DNA from: a virus
Taxonomy: Duplodnaviria; Heunggongvirae; Uroviricota; Caudoviricetes
DNA: 31,081 nt
IMG/VR virus record: IMGVR_UViG_2526164667_000037
Strand: one strand, 5' to 3'
Both the position numbers and the translations under genes were made by a program. Shown here in pieces: positions 1 to 8,093 of the stretch (positions are counted from its first letter, which is position 1; each line of letters opens with the position of its first letter). The notes under the pieces were generated by a model. It was not told the DNA's origin. It saw only the letters and a list, made by a program, of their open reading frames with translations, and ran no database searches.

Positions 1-981
1 TTATAACGTCACTCCGCCTTTTAGTGGATTCAGAGCGACGGCGTTCTGCAGGTAGTCAGGCGCAAGGTGCGCATAGGTCATTGTCTGCTGAATGCTCGCA
101 TGCCCCAGAATCTGTTGCAGTGCAATTATGTTGCCCCCATTCATCATGAAATGGCTTGCGAATGTATGCCGCAGAATGTGGGTTGCCTGATTGGGAGGTA
201 TATCAGGTTTCACTCTGCGTAAAATCCCGCAAAACTTCTCATAATCTACCTTGAACAATTTGGCGCTGGCCTCCTCTTTAACTTTTTTCTCCAGTTCCTC
301 AGAAATCGGCACTGTTCGCTTTTTACCGTTTTTGGTTTTCAGGAAGGTAACCCTGCAACTTGTAATCTGTGCTGGTTTTAGCGTGGCAACTTCCGTCCAT
401 CTTCCTCCAGTGCTCAGACATAAAAGCGCGACAAGTAAGTCATCACCAGTCAAAACATTTAGCAGTTTTTCGATTTCTGCTTTTTCCAGGAACGTCATTT
501 CAGGGTTAGCCTCCGTCAGTGGCGGCAGTCCGTGAATTGGGTGTTGCCCGGAAAATTCATCCAATTGAATTAATTTTGTGAACATGCCGGATAATCGGTA
601 CATGTCGCGGTTTATCGTTGCAGCACTGATGCCATCACGTAGTCGCATGGAGCGATAATCCATCAAAGCCCTTTTGTTCATCCGACTCACTGGTATATCA
701 CCTATGCCGCTGATGGTTTTGAGCAGATGATTAAACTCTTTTGTCCCATGCTCGTGGTTTTGCCCGTGGTATTTCCACCAGATGTCGAGCAATTCTGTCA
801 AAGTTCGGCGGTCTGCTCGCTGGCCTCCCCATTCTTTCTGACTGGCATTGACGATTGTGTATCGCTCAAATGCTACCGCTTCAGCTTTTCTTTCAAATTT
901 CCTGCGGATGCGTTTTCCATCGCGACCGCGAGGCCTGATATCCACTTCATAACGTCCATCATCGAGCTTTCTGATACTCAT
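1..981 (-). CDS. int: Tyrosine integrase (P2 Int-like), 326 aa
   Basis: Reverse ORF; homology-consistent start MSIRKLDDGRYEVDIRP (ATG at 981-979) rather than the 396-aa extension to 1191; C-terminal HILRHTFASH...YAHL tyrosine-recombinase motifs; position next to the C repressor. Confidence 0.9.
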   Translation of the reverse strand: MSIRKLDDGRYEVDIRPRGRDGKRIRRKFERKAEAVAFERYTIVNASQKEWGGQRADRRTLTELLDIWWKYHGQNHEHGTKEFNHLLKTISGIGDIPVSRMNKRALMDYRSMRLRDGISAATINRDMYRLSGMFTKLIQLDEFSGQHPIHGLPPLTEANPEMTFLEKAEIEKLLNVLTGDDLLVALLCLSTGGRWTEVATLKPAQITSCRVTFLKTKNGKKRTVPISEELEKKVKEEASAKLFKVDYEKFCGILRRVKPDIPPNQATHILRHTFASHFMMNGGNIIALQQILGHASIQQTMTYAHLAPDYLQNAVALNPLKGGVTL

Positions 982-1093
982 AAAGCCCCCCGATGAACAC
1001 GAGTTTTCTTGTTGTTTAGCCCTTTGTGGTTGTGTGATGAATATTTTTTTACCAGTAACATGCATTTTATGTGCATGTAATGTCGGTAAATAG

Positions 1094-1387
1094 TTAGCCA
1101 GTTTTGCGGCCTGAGTGTGACGATGTTGTTTCTTCTGGCCCAGAGTGTGCGACGACCGGGGAAATCTGCCCGGATTCTGGCGCAATCTCATCTGTCATAA
1201 TCCATAATGTATATTTTTTAAACAGCGGTGTGTTGACTACTTGCTTTACGATTTGTAGTCCTGGCTCTTTATGTCCACCTTCATAATTTTTCAACGAACT
1301 AAGTGCTAATCCACTAAGCTCGCAAAATTTTTTTTGTGTTAATCCCTCGGCCTTGCGAATAGCGCGAAGTTTCTCCGATATTTTCAT
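1094..1387 (-). CDS. C: Immunity repressor, P2 C-like but divergent N-terminal half (97 aa)
   Basis: Reverse ORF divergent from cox; HTH-like segment LTQKKFCELSGLALSSLKNYE; C-terminal half KYTLWIMTDEIAPESGQISP...HSGRKTG resembles the P2 C repressor as I recall it. Confidence 0.85.
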   Translation of the reverse strand: MKISEKLRAIRKAEGLTQKKFCELSGLALSSLKNYEGGHKEPGLQIVKQVVNTPLFKKYTLWIMTDEIAPESGQISPVVAHSGPEETTSSHSGRKTG

Positions 1388-1417
1388 TTGACATGGTTCC
1401 CCTATGGAGACTATATT
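1388..1417 (+). promoter_or_regulatory. Candidate early promoter Pe (rightward, into cox)
   Basis: TTGACA at 1388-1393, 18-bp spacer, TATATT at 1412-1417; lies between divergent C and cox as in P2. Confidence 0.5.
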
Positions 1418-1422
1418 CCCCT
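1397..1422. promoter_or_regulatory. Candidate repressor operator: direct repeat TTCCCCT x2 flanking the -10 element
   Basis: TTCCCCT at 1397-1403 and 1416-1422, 19 bp apart; P2 C is known to bind direct repeats spanning the Pe -10. Confidence 0.4.
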
Positions 1423-1534
1423 CAAAAGGTACTTGTTCGGAAACCTTTTGGGGCGTGAGTCCAGCCAGTCAGGAACGATCCTGAGCGGTTTTAAGAGGGC
1501 TGGACGGATAAGATTAGCACGAGAGGTGTGTTTT

Positions 1535-1807
1535 ATGGACGCAAACAACTATGTGGTTAAGTATCCGATTGATGCGGTACACCCTGACAAGTTTGCAGAA
1601 TTGCTCGGAAAACCGCGTACTGCGGTCGTTGAAATGATCAAAGCTAACAAGTTGCCGGTAGTTGAATTTCGCGATCCAACTAAGCCGAATGCTCGTGCAG
1701 GAGACAAACTGGTTTTCATTCCTGAGTTCAATCGTGGTGTGCGTGAGGCATTCTACAACCGACCGATAGAACAGCGGGACGCGTGGCTGCTGTGGATGGG
1801 GCTTTAA
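1535..1807 (+). CDS. cox: Cox-like excisionase/regulator (90 aa)
   Basis: ATG at 1535 preceded by GAGAGG; sequence MDANNYVVKYPIDAVHPDKFAELLGKPRTAVVEMIKANKLPVV...WLLWMGL resembles P2 Cox; the upstream part of the 139-aa ORF is rejected as non-coding promoter region. Confidence 0.85.
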   Translation: MDANNYVVKYPIDAVHPDKFAELLGKPRTAVVEMIKANKLPVVEFRDPTKPNARAGDKLVFIPEFNRGVREAFYNRPIEQRDAWLLWMGL

Positions 1808-1861
1808 ATCATTGCTAAATCAGGCTGTCAGCAACAGGGCGGACGGCATAAGGGGAACATC

Positions 1862-2050
1862 ATGGCGAACAAAAATAGTACGAACCAGTGCGGCACAGAT
1901 AAGGCACTGACGCAGAGAGAAATTTTAGAACTGGCGGTAAAAATCGGGGATTTCATCAAAGAAGAGGCCGGACGCTTAGATAAACAGGTGTCCGGCAAAG
2001 ATATCAGCGTTATCGCTGGCGTACTGGACTTTATTCACCAGTGCGAGTAA
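1862..2050 (+). CDS. Hypothetical small protein (62 aa)
   Basis: ORF with RBS AAGGGGA upstream of ATG 1862; in the early operon after cox; no family recognised. Confidence 0.5.
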   Translation: MANKNSTNQCGTDKALTQREILELAVKIGDFIKEEAGRLDKQVSGKDISVIAGVLDFIHQCE

Positions 2051-2346
2051 TGCCTATTTTTTCGCGAGTTTTTCTTCGAGTTTTTTCTCAAGAACTGGAT
2101 AGATAGCATCAAATAAGCGTGAAGCTCGGGTTTCTACAGGAACAGGCATTACTGATTGTTCAGTAAGTGCTCCGCCAATGACTGAACAGGTCTGCTCAAA
2201 AAGAAACTTGGTTTTTCTAAATCATTCATGTCGTTATTCCTTGTGTTACGAACTACTTGCTTACATTTGGAGTGAAAGCAATTGGATAGTACCACAAGAC
2301 CATGCGCCGGACATGGCTAAAAACCGGCTCTGTTTCAGGAGGAGTT

Positions 2347-2517
2347 ATGCAGGAACCTCGTTGTATTGCTCAGTTATTGCGTAACGAAAGCCCCAGGGCG
2401 ATTGACTTCACCATCACCCACGGGAAGGGACGCAAGGGAATCATTATCCGCACCAAAAAACAGAGTCCGTTAAAGAAGGCTCTGACCTTTCTGAAAAGCC
2501 GGAGGGTCTGGAAATGA
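2347..2517 (+). CDS. Hypothetical small basic protein (56 aa), in the position of P2 orf78
   Basis: ATG 2347 with strong RBS AGGAGG at 2336-2341; stop overlaps the B start (ATGA); product MQEPRCIAQLLRNESPRAIDFTITHGKGRKG... Confidence 0.5.
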   Translation: MQEPRCIAQLLRNESPRAIDFTITHGKGRKGIIIRTKKQSPLKKALTFLKSRRVWK

Positions 2518-3014
2518 CAGTGATGACGCTCAATCTCGTTGAAAAACAGCCAGCAGCTATGCGCCGGATAATTGGCAAGCATCTTGCCGTCCCTCGCTGG
2601 CAGGATACATGTGATTATTATAATCAGATGATGGAGCGCGAACGGCTAACGGTTTGCTTTCATGCACAGTTAAAACAGCGTCACGCAACGATGCGTTTTG
2701 AAGAAATGAACGACGTCGAACGTGAACGACTGGTATGTGCAATTGATGAATTGCGTGGCGCATTCTCAAAACGCCGTCAGGTTGGCGCAAGTGAGCATGC
2801 ATATATTAGTTTTTTAACAGTCAGTCAGCGTCGTACTTTATTTATGCACGCCGGATTGACAGAAAAAGAATTTAATCAGCCATACTGGCGAATTAATGAA
2901 GAGTCATGTTACTGGCGTGATGCTTTATTCCGTGCATTACGTGAATTATTCAGCCTGTTTGAGTATGCACCGACAATTCTGACGTCGGTAAAACCAGAGC
3001 AATATCTGCATTAA
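2514..3014 (+). CDS. B: Replication protein B (166 aa)
   Basis: Same length and position as P2 B; collinear with the P2 early operon. Confidence 0.85.
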   Translation: MTVMTLNLVEKQPAAMRRIIGKHLAVPRWQDTCDYYNQMMERERLTVCFHAQLKQRHATMRFEEMNDVERERLVCAIDELRGAFSKRRQVGASEHAYISFLTVSQRRTLFMHAGLTEKEFNQPYWRINEESCYWRDALFRALRELFSLFEYAPTILTSVKPEQYLH

Positions 3015-3077
3015 GTAATTAACCAGAGTTTTTAACGCACTTAATTGTGCGGGGCTTCTTTTTGCCTGGAGAAAGTC

Positions 3078-3302
3078 ATGCATACAGTTTCTGAAAATCA
3101 GTGCGGTATATACGCATTACTGCTGCAACAGGCCAGAACCGAAGCACAGGCCGACGCTGCGACGCGCTTTTCTTCTCATCTTGATGCCATGATTCGCCAC
3201 ATCACAAAGGCGGAGTTATCCCGCGTGGAGATAGTCGAGCTGCTCAGTCAGGAGTCGGAAAAATTTCACAATATCGGATTGTCTCGCGGGGAGGTGCTTT
3301 GA
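3078..3302 (+). CDS. P2 orf80-like hypothetical protein (74 aa)
   Basis: ATG 3078 with GGAG 6 nt upstream; the TTG-initiated extension from 3045 is rejected; synteny with P2. Confidence 0.7.
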
Positions 3303-3604
3303 TGTCCTGTTCTCGTTCAGTTGTATTACTGAATAACGCCCTAAAAATCGCCGTTATGAAAAATGGCGATTTGTCTCTTATTCAACTTGGTCTTGATAAA
3401 GAAAAACGCGAAATAACTGAGTCTGTTATCGCGATTTATCAGAACGAATTAAACCTCCTGTCTGATGTGGTCAATTTACTTGTTAAACGCGCTGTGTTTC
3501 ACAAGCAAATCTCCTCCGTGGATGAACTGACGAAATTAACGACAGAAATCGCCAGCTATTGCGCTGATGAATTTAAAAACCTTAACGACAAAAGGAACTG
3601 GTAA
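3299..3604 (+). CDS. P2 orf81-like hypothetical protein (101 aa)
   Basis: ORF overlapping the previous stop (ATGA coupling); synteny with P2. Confidence 0.7.
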
Positions 3605-3828
3605 TGCCGGACAACGTAGATTTCATTCAGGAACAACAGGCTGAATTACTGGAGCGTCAGATTAACGCGGCAAGGGTAAAACATTGCGGTGCTTCTGCGC
3701 TGGTTTGCGAAGAGTGTGACGCGCCAATACCTGCTGCCCGTCGTGCGGCTTATCCGTCAGCCACGCGTTGTGTTTCCTGCCAGTCAGTCTTTGAAGCAAA
3801 AAACAAGCATTACCGGAGAATGGCATGA
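3604..3828 (+). CDS. TraR/DksA-type C4 zinc-finger protein (P2 orf82-like, 74 aa)
   Basis: CxxC...CxxC (VCEECDAPIP...RCVSCQ) typical of the phage TraR/DksA zinc-finger family; synteny. Confidence 0.8.
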   Translation: MPDNVDFIQEQQAELLERQINAARVKHCGASALVCEECDAPIPAARRAAYPSATRCVSCQSVFEAKNKHYRRMA

Positions 3829-4100
3829 GTATTCGTATTGAAATTGGCGAACGTTATGTCGTTACCAGTGACAGCTTTCAGTTTATTCTCCACGAGAAAA
3901 AGAGAGCGGAAAGCGGTAAAAACGCCGGTCAGGAATGGCTGGCGGTGGTTGGTTATTATCCGAAATTAAGCCAGCTCGTTTCCGGCCTGATGCATCACGA
4001 TATTCTGACCGGAAGCGCAAAGTCTTTTGCTGATTTAAACGCGCAGGTTGAGCAACTCAGCAGGCGTTGTTCAGAGGCTTTTGGCTCATATGGCCGTTAA
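3825..4100 (+). CDS. P2 orf83-like hypothetical protein (91 aa)
   Basis: ORF coupled to the preceding gene; its 3' end overlaps the start of A. Confidence 0.7.
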   Translation: MSIRIEIGERYVVTSDSFQFILHEKKRAESGKNAGQEWLAVVGYYPKLSQLVSGLMHHDILTGSAKSFADLNAQVEQLSRRCSEAFGSYGR

Positions 4101-6375
4101 AGCCTCCGGGCGTTTTGTCCCTCCTTCAGCATTTGCTGCAGGCACCGGTAAGGCGTTTACCGATGCTTATGCATGGAACGCGCCACGCGAGGCCGTCGGG
4201 CGCGAAAGACCCCTTACACGTGACGAGATGCGTCAGGTGCAAGGTGTTTTATCCACGATTAACCGCCTGCCTTACTTTTTGCGTTCGCTGTTTACTTCAC
4301 GCTATGACTACATCCGGCGCAATAAAAGCCCGGTGCACGGGTTTTATTTCCTCACATCCACTTTTCAGCGTCGTTTATGGCCGCGCATTGAGCGCGTGAA
4401 TCAGCGCCATGAAATGAACACCGACGCGTCGTTGCTGTTTCTGGCAGAGCGTGACCATTATGCGCGTCTGCCGGGGATGAATGATAAGGAGCTGAAAAAG
4501 TTTGCCGCCCGTATTTCATCGCAGCTTTTCATGATGTATGAGGAACTCTGCGATGCCTGGGTGGATGCGCATGGCGAAAAAGAATCGCTGTTTACGGATG
4601 AGGCGCAGGCTCACCTCTATGGTCATGTTGCTGGCGCTGCACGTGCTTTCAATATTTCCCCTCTCTACTGGAAAAAATACCGTAAAGGACAGATGACCAC
4701 GAGGCAGGCATATTCTGCCATTGCCCGTCTGTTTAACGATGAGTGGTGGATTAGTCAGCTTAAAGGCCAGCGTATGCGCTGGCATGAAGCGTTACTGATA
4801 GCTGTCGGGGAGGTCAATAAAGACCGTTCTCCTTATGCCAGTAAACACGCCATTCGTGATGTGCGTGCGCGCCGCCAGGCAAATCTGGAATTTCTTAAAT
4901 CGTGTGACCTTGAAAACAGGGAAACCGGCGAACGCATCGACCTTATCAGTAAGGTGATGGGCAGTATTTCTAATCCTGAAATTCGCCGGATGGAGCTGAT
5001 GAACACCATTGCCGGTATTGAGCGTTACGCCGCCGCAGAGGGTGATGTGGGGATGTTTATCACGCTGACCGCGCCGTCAAAGTATCACCCGACACGTCAG
5101 GTCGGAAAAGGCGAAAGAAAAACCGTCCAGCTTAATCACGGCTGGAATGATGAGGCATTTAATCCAAAGGATGCGCAGCGTTATCTCTGCCGTATCTGGA
5201 GCCTGATGCGCACGGCATTCAAGGATAATGATTTACAGGTCTACGGTTTGCGTGTCGTCGAGCCACACCACGACGGAACGCCGCACTGGCATATGATGCT
5301 TTTTTGTAATCCACGCCAGCGTAACCAGATTATCGAAATCATGCGTCGCTATGCGCTCAAAGAGGATGGTGACGAAAGAGGAGCCGCGCGAAACCGTTTT
5401 CAGGCAAAACACCTTAACCGGGGCGGTGCTGCGGGATATATCGCGAAATACATCTCAAAAAACATCGATGGCTATGCACTGGATGGTCAGCTCGATAACG
5501 ATACCGGCAGGCCGCTGAAAGACACAGCGGCGGCTGTTACCGCATGGGCGTCAACGTGGCGCATACCACAATTTAAAACGGTTGGCCTGCCGACAATGGG
5601 GGCTTACCGTGAACTACGCAAATTGCCTCGCGGCGTCAGCATTGCTGATGAGTTTGACGAGCGCGTCGAGGCTGCACGCGCCGCCGCAGACAGTGGTGAT
5701 TTTGCGTTGTATATCCGCGCGCAGGGTGGGGCAAATGTCCCGCGCGATTGTCAGACTGTCAGGGTCGCCCGTAGCCCGTCGGATGACGTTAACGAGTACG
5801 AGGAAGAGGTCGAGAGAGTGGTCGGCATTTACGCACCGCATCTCGGCGCGCGTCATATTCATATCACCAGAACGACGGAGTGGCGCATTGTGCCGAAAGT
5901 TCCGGTCGTTGAGCCTTTGACTTTAAAAAGCGGCATCGCCGCGCCTCGGAGTCCTGTCAATAACTGTGGAAAGCTCACTGGTGGTGATACTTCGTTACCG
6001 GCTCCCACACCTTCTGAGCACGCCGCAGCAGTGCTTAATCTGGTTGATGACGGTGTTATTGAATGGAATGAACCGGAGGTCGTGAGGGCGCTCAGGGGCG
6101 CATTAAAACACGACCTGCGAACGCCAAACCGTCAGCAAAGAAACGGAAGCCCGTTAAAACCACATGAAATTGCACCATCGGCCAGACTGACCCGGTCGGA
6201 AAGAATGCAAATTACCCGTATCCGCGTTGACCTTGCTCAGAACGGTATCAGGCCGCAGCGATGGGAGCTTGAGGCGCTGGCGCGTGGCGCGACCGTAAAT
6301 TATGACGGGAAAAAATTCACGTATCCGGTCGCTGATGAGTGGCCGGGATTCTCAACAGTAATGGAGTGGAAATGA
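4090..6375 (+). CDS. A: Replication initiation protein A (rolling-circle nicking endonuclease), 761 aa
   Basis: Start MAVKASGRFVPP at 4090 gives the P2 A length; contains PHWHMMLF (HUH-type motif) and Tyr-rich active-site region; sequence matches P2 A as I recall it. Confidence 0.95.
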   Translation: MAVKASGRFVPPSAFAAGTGKAFTDAYAWNAPREAVGRERPLTRDEMRQVQGVLSTINRLPYFLRSLFTSRYDYIRRNKSPVHGFYFLTSTFQRRLWPRIERVNQRHEMNTDASLLFLAERDHYARLPGMNDKELKKFAARISSQLFMMYEELCDAWVDAHGEKESLFTDEAQAHLYGHVAGAARAFNISPLYWKKYRKGQMTTRQAYSAIARLFNDEWWISQLKGQRMRWHEALLIAVGEVNKDRSPYASKHAIRDVRARRQANLEFLKSCDLENRETGERIDLISKVMGSISNPEIRRMELMNTIAGIERYAAAEGDVGMFITLTAPSKYHPTRQVGKGERKTVQLNHGWNDEAFNPKDAQRYLCRIWSLMRTAFKDNDLQVYGLRVVEPHHDGTPHWHMMLFCNPRQRNQIIEIMRRYALKEDGDERGAARNRFQAKHLNRGGAAGYIAKYISKNIDGYALDGQLDNDTGRPLKDTAAAVTAWASTWRIPQFKTVGLPTMGAYRELRKLPRGVSIADEFDERVEAARAAADSGDFALYIRAQGGANVPRDCQTVRVARSPSDDVNEYEEEVERVVGIYAPHLGARHIHITRTTEWRIVPKVPVVEPLTLKSGIAAPRSPVNNCGKLTGGDTSLPAPTPSEHAAAVLNLVDDGVIEWNEPEVVRALRGALKHDLRTPNRQQRNGSPLKPHEIAPSARLTRSERMQITRIRVDLAQNGIRPQRWELEALARGATVNYDGKKFTYPVADEWPGFSTVMEWK

Positions 6376-6827
6376 TGGCAAAAATTCACGAGGTAAAGCT
6401 GCACGCCAAATATTTTGACCTTGTGCTGGAAGGAAAGAAACGCGCAGAGTTTCGGAAAAATGACCGTAATTATGAGCGCGGGGACACGCTGATTTTGCAT
6501 GAATGGGTACAGGGTGTGTTTACGGGGCGAAAGGTTGAAGCCCGGATAACAGATGTTACTGACCTGTCAGACTGGCTGGAAGATTATGTCTTGCTAAGTA
6601 TTGAGCTGCTTAATACAGGCGCATATGAGATTGTGAACTGGAAAGAACTTAGTGAGCGTGGTCTGGTATTCAGAATTAATCATGAAATTATGCATCAGCT
6701 CGGTCTTGCTGTTATGTATGAGTCAGTGACAGGCCTGTCTGGCGGAGCAGTGGTTGCCACGGATGGAGCATGGAACTATTCAGATGAACAGATGGAGCGT
6801 GCACAGCAAAACGGGTGGCTTGGATAA
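6372..6827 (+). CDS. ASCH/DUF3850-like (PUA-fold) protein, about 151 aa, coupled to A
   Basis: ATG overlaps the A stop (ATGATG at 6372-6377); N-terminus KIHEVKLHAKYFDLVLEGKKRAEFRKNDRNYERGDTLILHEW looks like an ASCH-type domain (recognised by eye, not searched). Confidence 0.65.
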   Translation: MMAKIHEVKLHAKYFDLVLEGKKRAEFRKNDRNYERGDTLILHEWVQGVFTGRKVEARITDVTDLSDWLEDYVLLSIELLNTGAYEIVNWKELSERGLVFRINHEIMHQLGLAVMYESVTGLSGGAVVATDGAWNYSDEQMERAQQNGWLG

Positions 6828-7048
6828 TGCACAGAATACCAGGCGAGATACCGCACCATAAAACTAAAAATATCAAGCTGATGGCCATTGTTCACCGTCT
6901 ACAGCAGATTATGGTAAACGAAAATCTGACGCCTGATGAGCTGGTCGGGTGTGCGCAAATTGTTAGGGATAATTACGAGCGTTTGAACGATATGATTCAG
7001 CTTGGTACTTTCCAGCCAACAATACCTTTCTGGGGGCAACCTCGATAA
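6827..7048 (+). CDS. Hypothetical small protein (73 aa)
   Basis: ATG 6827 overlapping the previous stop (TAATG); no recognisable family. Confidence 0.45.
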   Translation: MHRIPGEIPHHKTKNIKLMAIVHRLQQIMVNENLTPDELVGCAQIVRDNYERLNDMIQLGTFQPTIPFWGQPR

Positions 7049-7053
7049 CCATA

Positions 7054-7096
7054 AAACCCTGCAGGTGCTGAAACTTGTTTTCAACACCTGCAGGGT
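7054..7096. repeat. Perfect 13-bp inverted repeat (AACCCTGCAGGTG ... CACCTGCAGGGTT) with 17-nt loop
   Basis: Read directly in the sequence; not followed by a T-run; sits at the boundary between the phage-GC region and the AT-rich cassette. Confidence 0.8.
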
Positions 7097-7170
7097 TGAG
7101 CAATGAGCGGCGCTAGGAGTTAGCAGCCTAGATTTCTGAATGTAACCCATTATAAAAATGATTTTGTGAT

Positions 7171-7200
7171 TTGAAGCTTGGAATTAAAATGAGTTAAAAT
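7171..7200 (+). promoter_or_regulatory. Candidate sigma70 promoter for the AT-rich cassette
   Basis: TTGAAG (7171-7176), 18-bp spacer, TAAAAT (7195-7200), within an AT-rich leader upstream of ATG 7267. Confidence 0.3.
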
Positions 7201-7266
7201 GAGTAGTGTTAACAGGCTGATAAACTAAACCAAGTAAGTTGTAAAAATAAATAGTGGAGTGTACAA

Positions 7267-7653
7267 ATGACACAGCAATATGTTAAAGACGTCATGATTG
7301 GTCAGAGGAAATTGCTTTCATCTAATACTTTCATAATTCCAAAAGGTGAAATGTGTGATTTTAAATTAAATATATCTGATGACGAGAATGAGTTTAACTT
7401 TCCTATTCGCATTGCCTTTGATGATGATGGCGGTTCAACTCAATCAGTTGAGTTCAAACCAGATCCATCCTCAAGCTCTATGAAAATGATCTTGCATAAC
7501 TGGAATAACCCTCTTGGCTCTGCGCTGAAAGAGTTTTACCCTATTGTTAATATCGAGAATAGAACAACAATTGAAATGCTTATGGTAAATAAAAGACTTG
7601 GCGATGTAAATGAACTGGTTATTCAATTCTGGCGAAAGGTCGAAATGTCATGA
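7267..7653 (+). CDS. Hypothetical protein, 128 aa, no recognised domain (first gene of AT-rich cassette)
   Basis: ORF with GGAG 7 nt upstream of ATG; low GC; stop overlaps the next start (ATGA at 7650-7653). Confidence 0.7.
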   Translation: MTQQYVKDVMIGQRKLLSSNTFIIPKGEMCDFKLNISDDENEFNFPIRIAFDDDGGSTQSVEFKPDPSSSSMKMILHNWNNPLGSALKEFYPIVNIENRTTIEMLMVNKRLGDVNELVIQFWRKVEMS

Positions 7654-8006
7654 ATAAGCCAAAAATAGAACTAGCTACAATTCCTGTCTCGCCTGATGAT
7701 ATATCCACTAACTTGCAGGTGGGTGTAATAGTTGTTAGTGAGGATAAGTTGATTCGCATCCTTGAAAAGGATCGGGAGAGGACTAAAAAGAATATGGCTT
7801 GGACAGCTCCTGCTAGTTTTTTTATCACATTGATTGTTGCAATATTAACAACTGATTTTAAAAGTCGGTGGGGTATGCCTGCGGAAGCATGGCAGGCGCT
7901 TTTTTATGTAGGGGCGGGATTATCTGCAATCTTTGCTGTTATTTATTGGTGTAAAGTAGACAGAAAAGACATGGATAAGTTGATTGAAGAGATAAAAGGT
8001 AAATAG
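7650..8006 (+). CDS. Small membrane protein, 118 aa, two predicted TM helices (second gene of cassette)
   Basis: Hydrophobic segments WTAPASFFITLIVAILTTDF and AWQALFYVGAGLSAIFAVIYW flanked by charged residues; translationally coupled to the upstream ORF. Confidence 0.7.
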   Translation: MNKPKIELATIPVSPDDISTNLQVGVIVVSEDKLIRILEKDRERTKKNMAWTAPASFFITLIVAILTTDFKSRWGMPAEAWQALFYVGAGLSAIFAVIYWCKVDRKDMDKLIEEIKGK

Positions 8007-8027
8007 TCTCTTCCTATTTCACATTAT

Positions 8028-8055
8028 GGGGGATTCTTGAGTTATGCCCCCTTTT
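8028..8055 (+). terminator. Putative terminator (GGGGG-loop-CCCCC-TTTT) after the cassette
   Basis: GGGGG 8028-8032, CCCCC 8047-8051, then TTTT; 14-nt loop makes it weak. Confidence 0.35.
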
Positions 8056-8063
8056 GTAACGTG

Positions 8064-8093
8064 AAAAACTGGCATCTTGAGAGCCAGTTTTTT
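8064..8093. terminator. Putative bidirectional rho-independent terminator
   Basis: AAAACTGGC (8065-8073) pairs with GCCAGTTTT (8083-8091); A-run on one side and T-run on the other. Confidence 0.5.

Noticed and set aside
251-996. Forward-strand ORFs of 94 and 89 aa inside the integrase gene
   Set aside because: Antisense shadow ORFs inside a well-supported conserved gene
982-1191. N-terminal extension making the integrase ORF 396 aa
   Set aside because: The homologous integrase start (MSIRKLDDGRYEV) is at 981; the extension would run into the region between int and the C repressor
2178-2384. 68-aa forward ORF overlapping the orf78-like gene
   Set aside because: No convincing RBS, and it overlaps the better-supported ORF at 2347 that has a strong AGGAGG
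4048-4089. Upstream ATG giving a 775-aa version of protein A
   Set aside because: Start at 4090 (MAVKASGRF) gives exactly the P2 A length and avoids a longer overlap with the preceding gene
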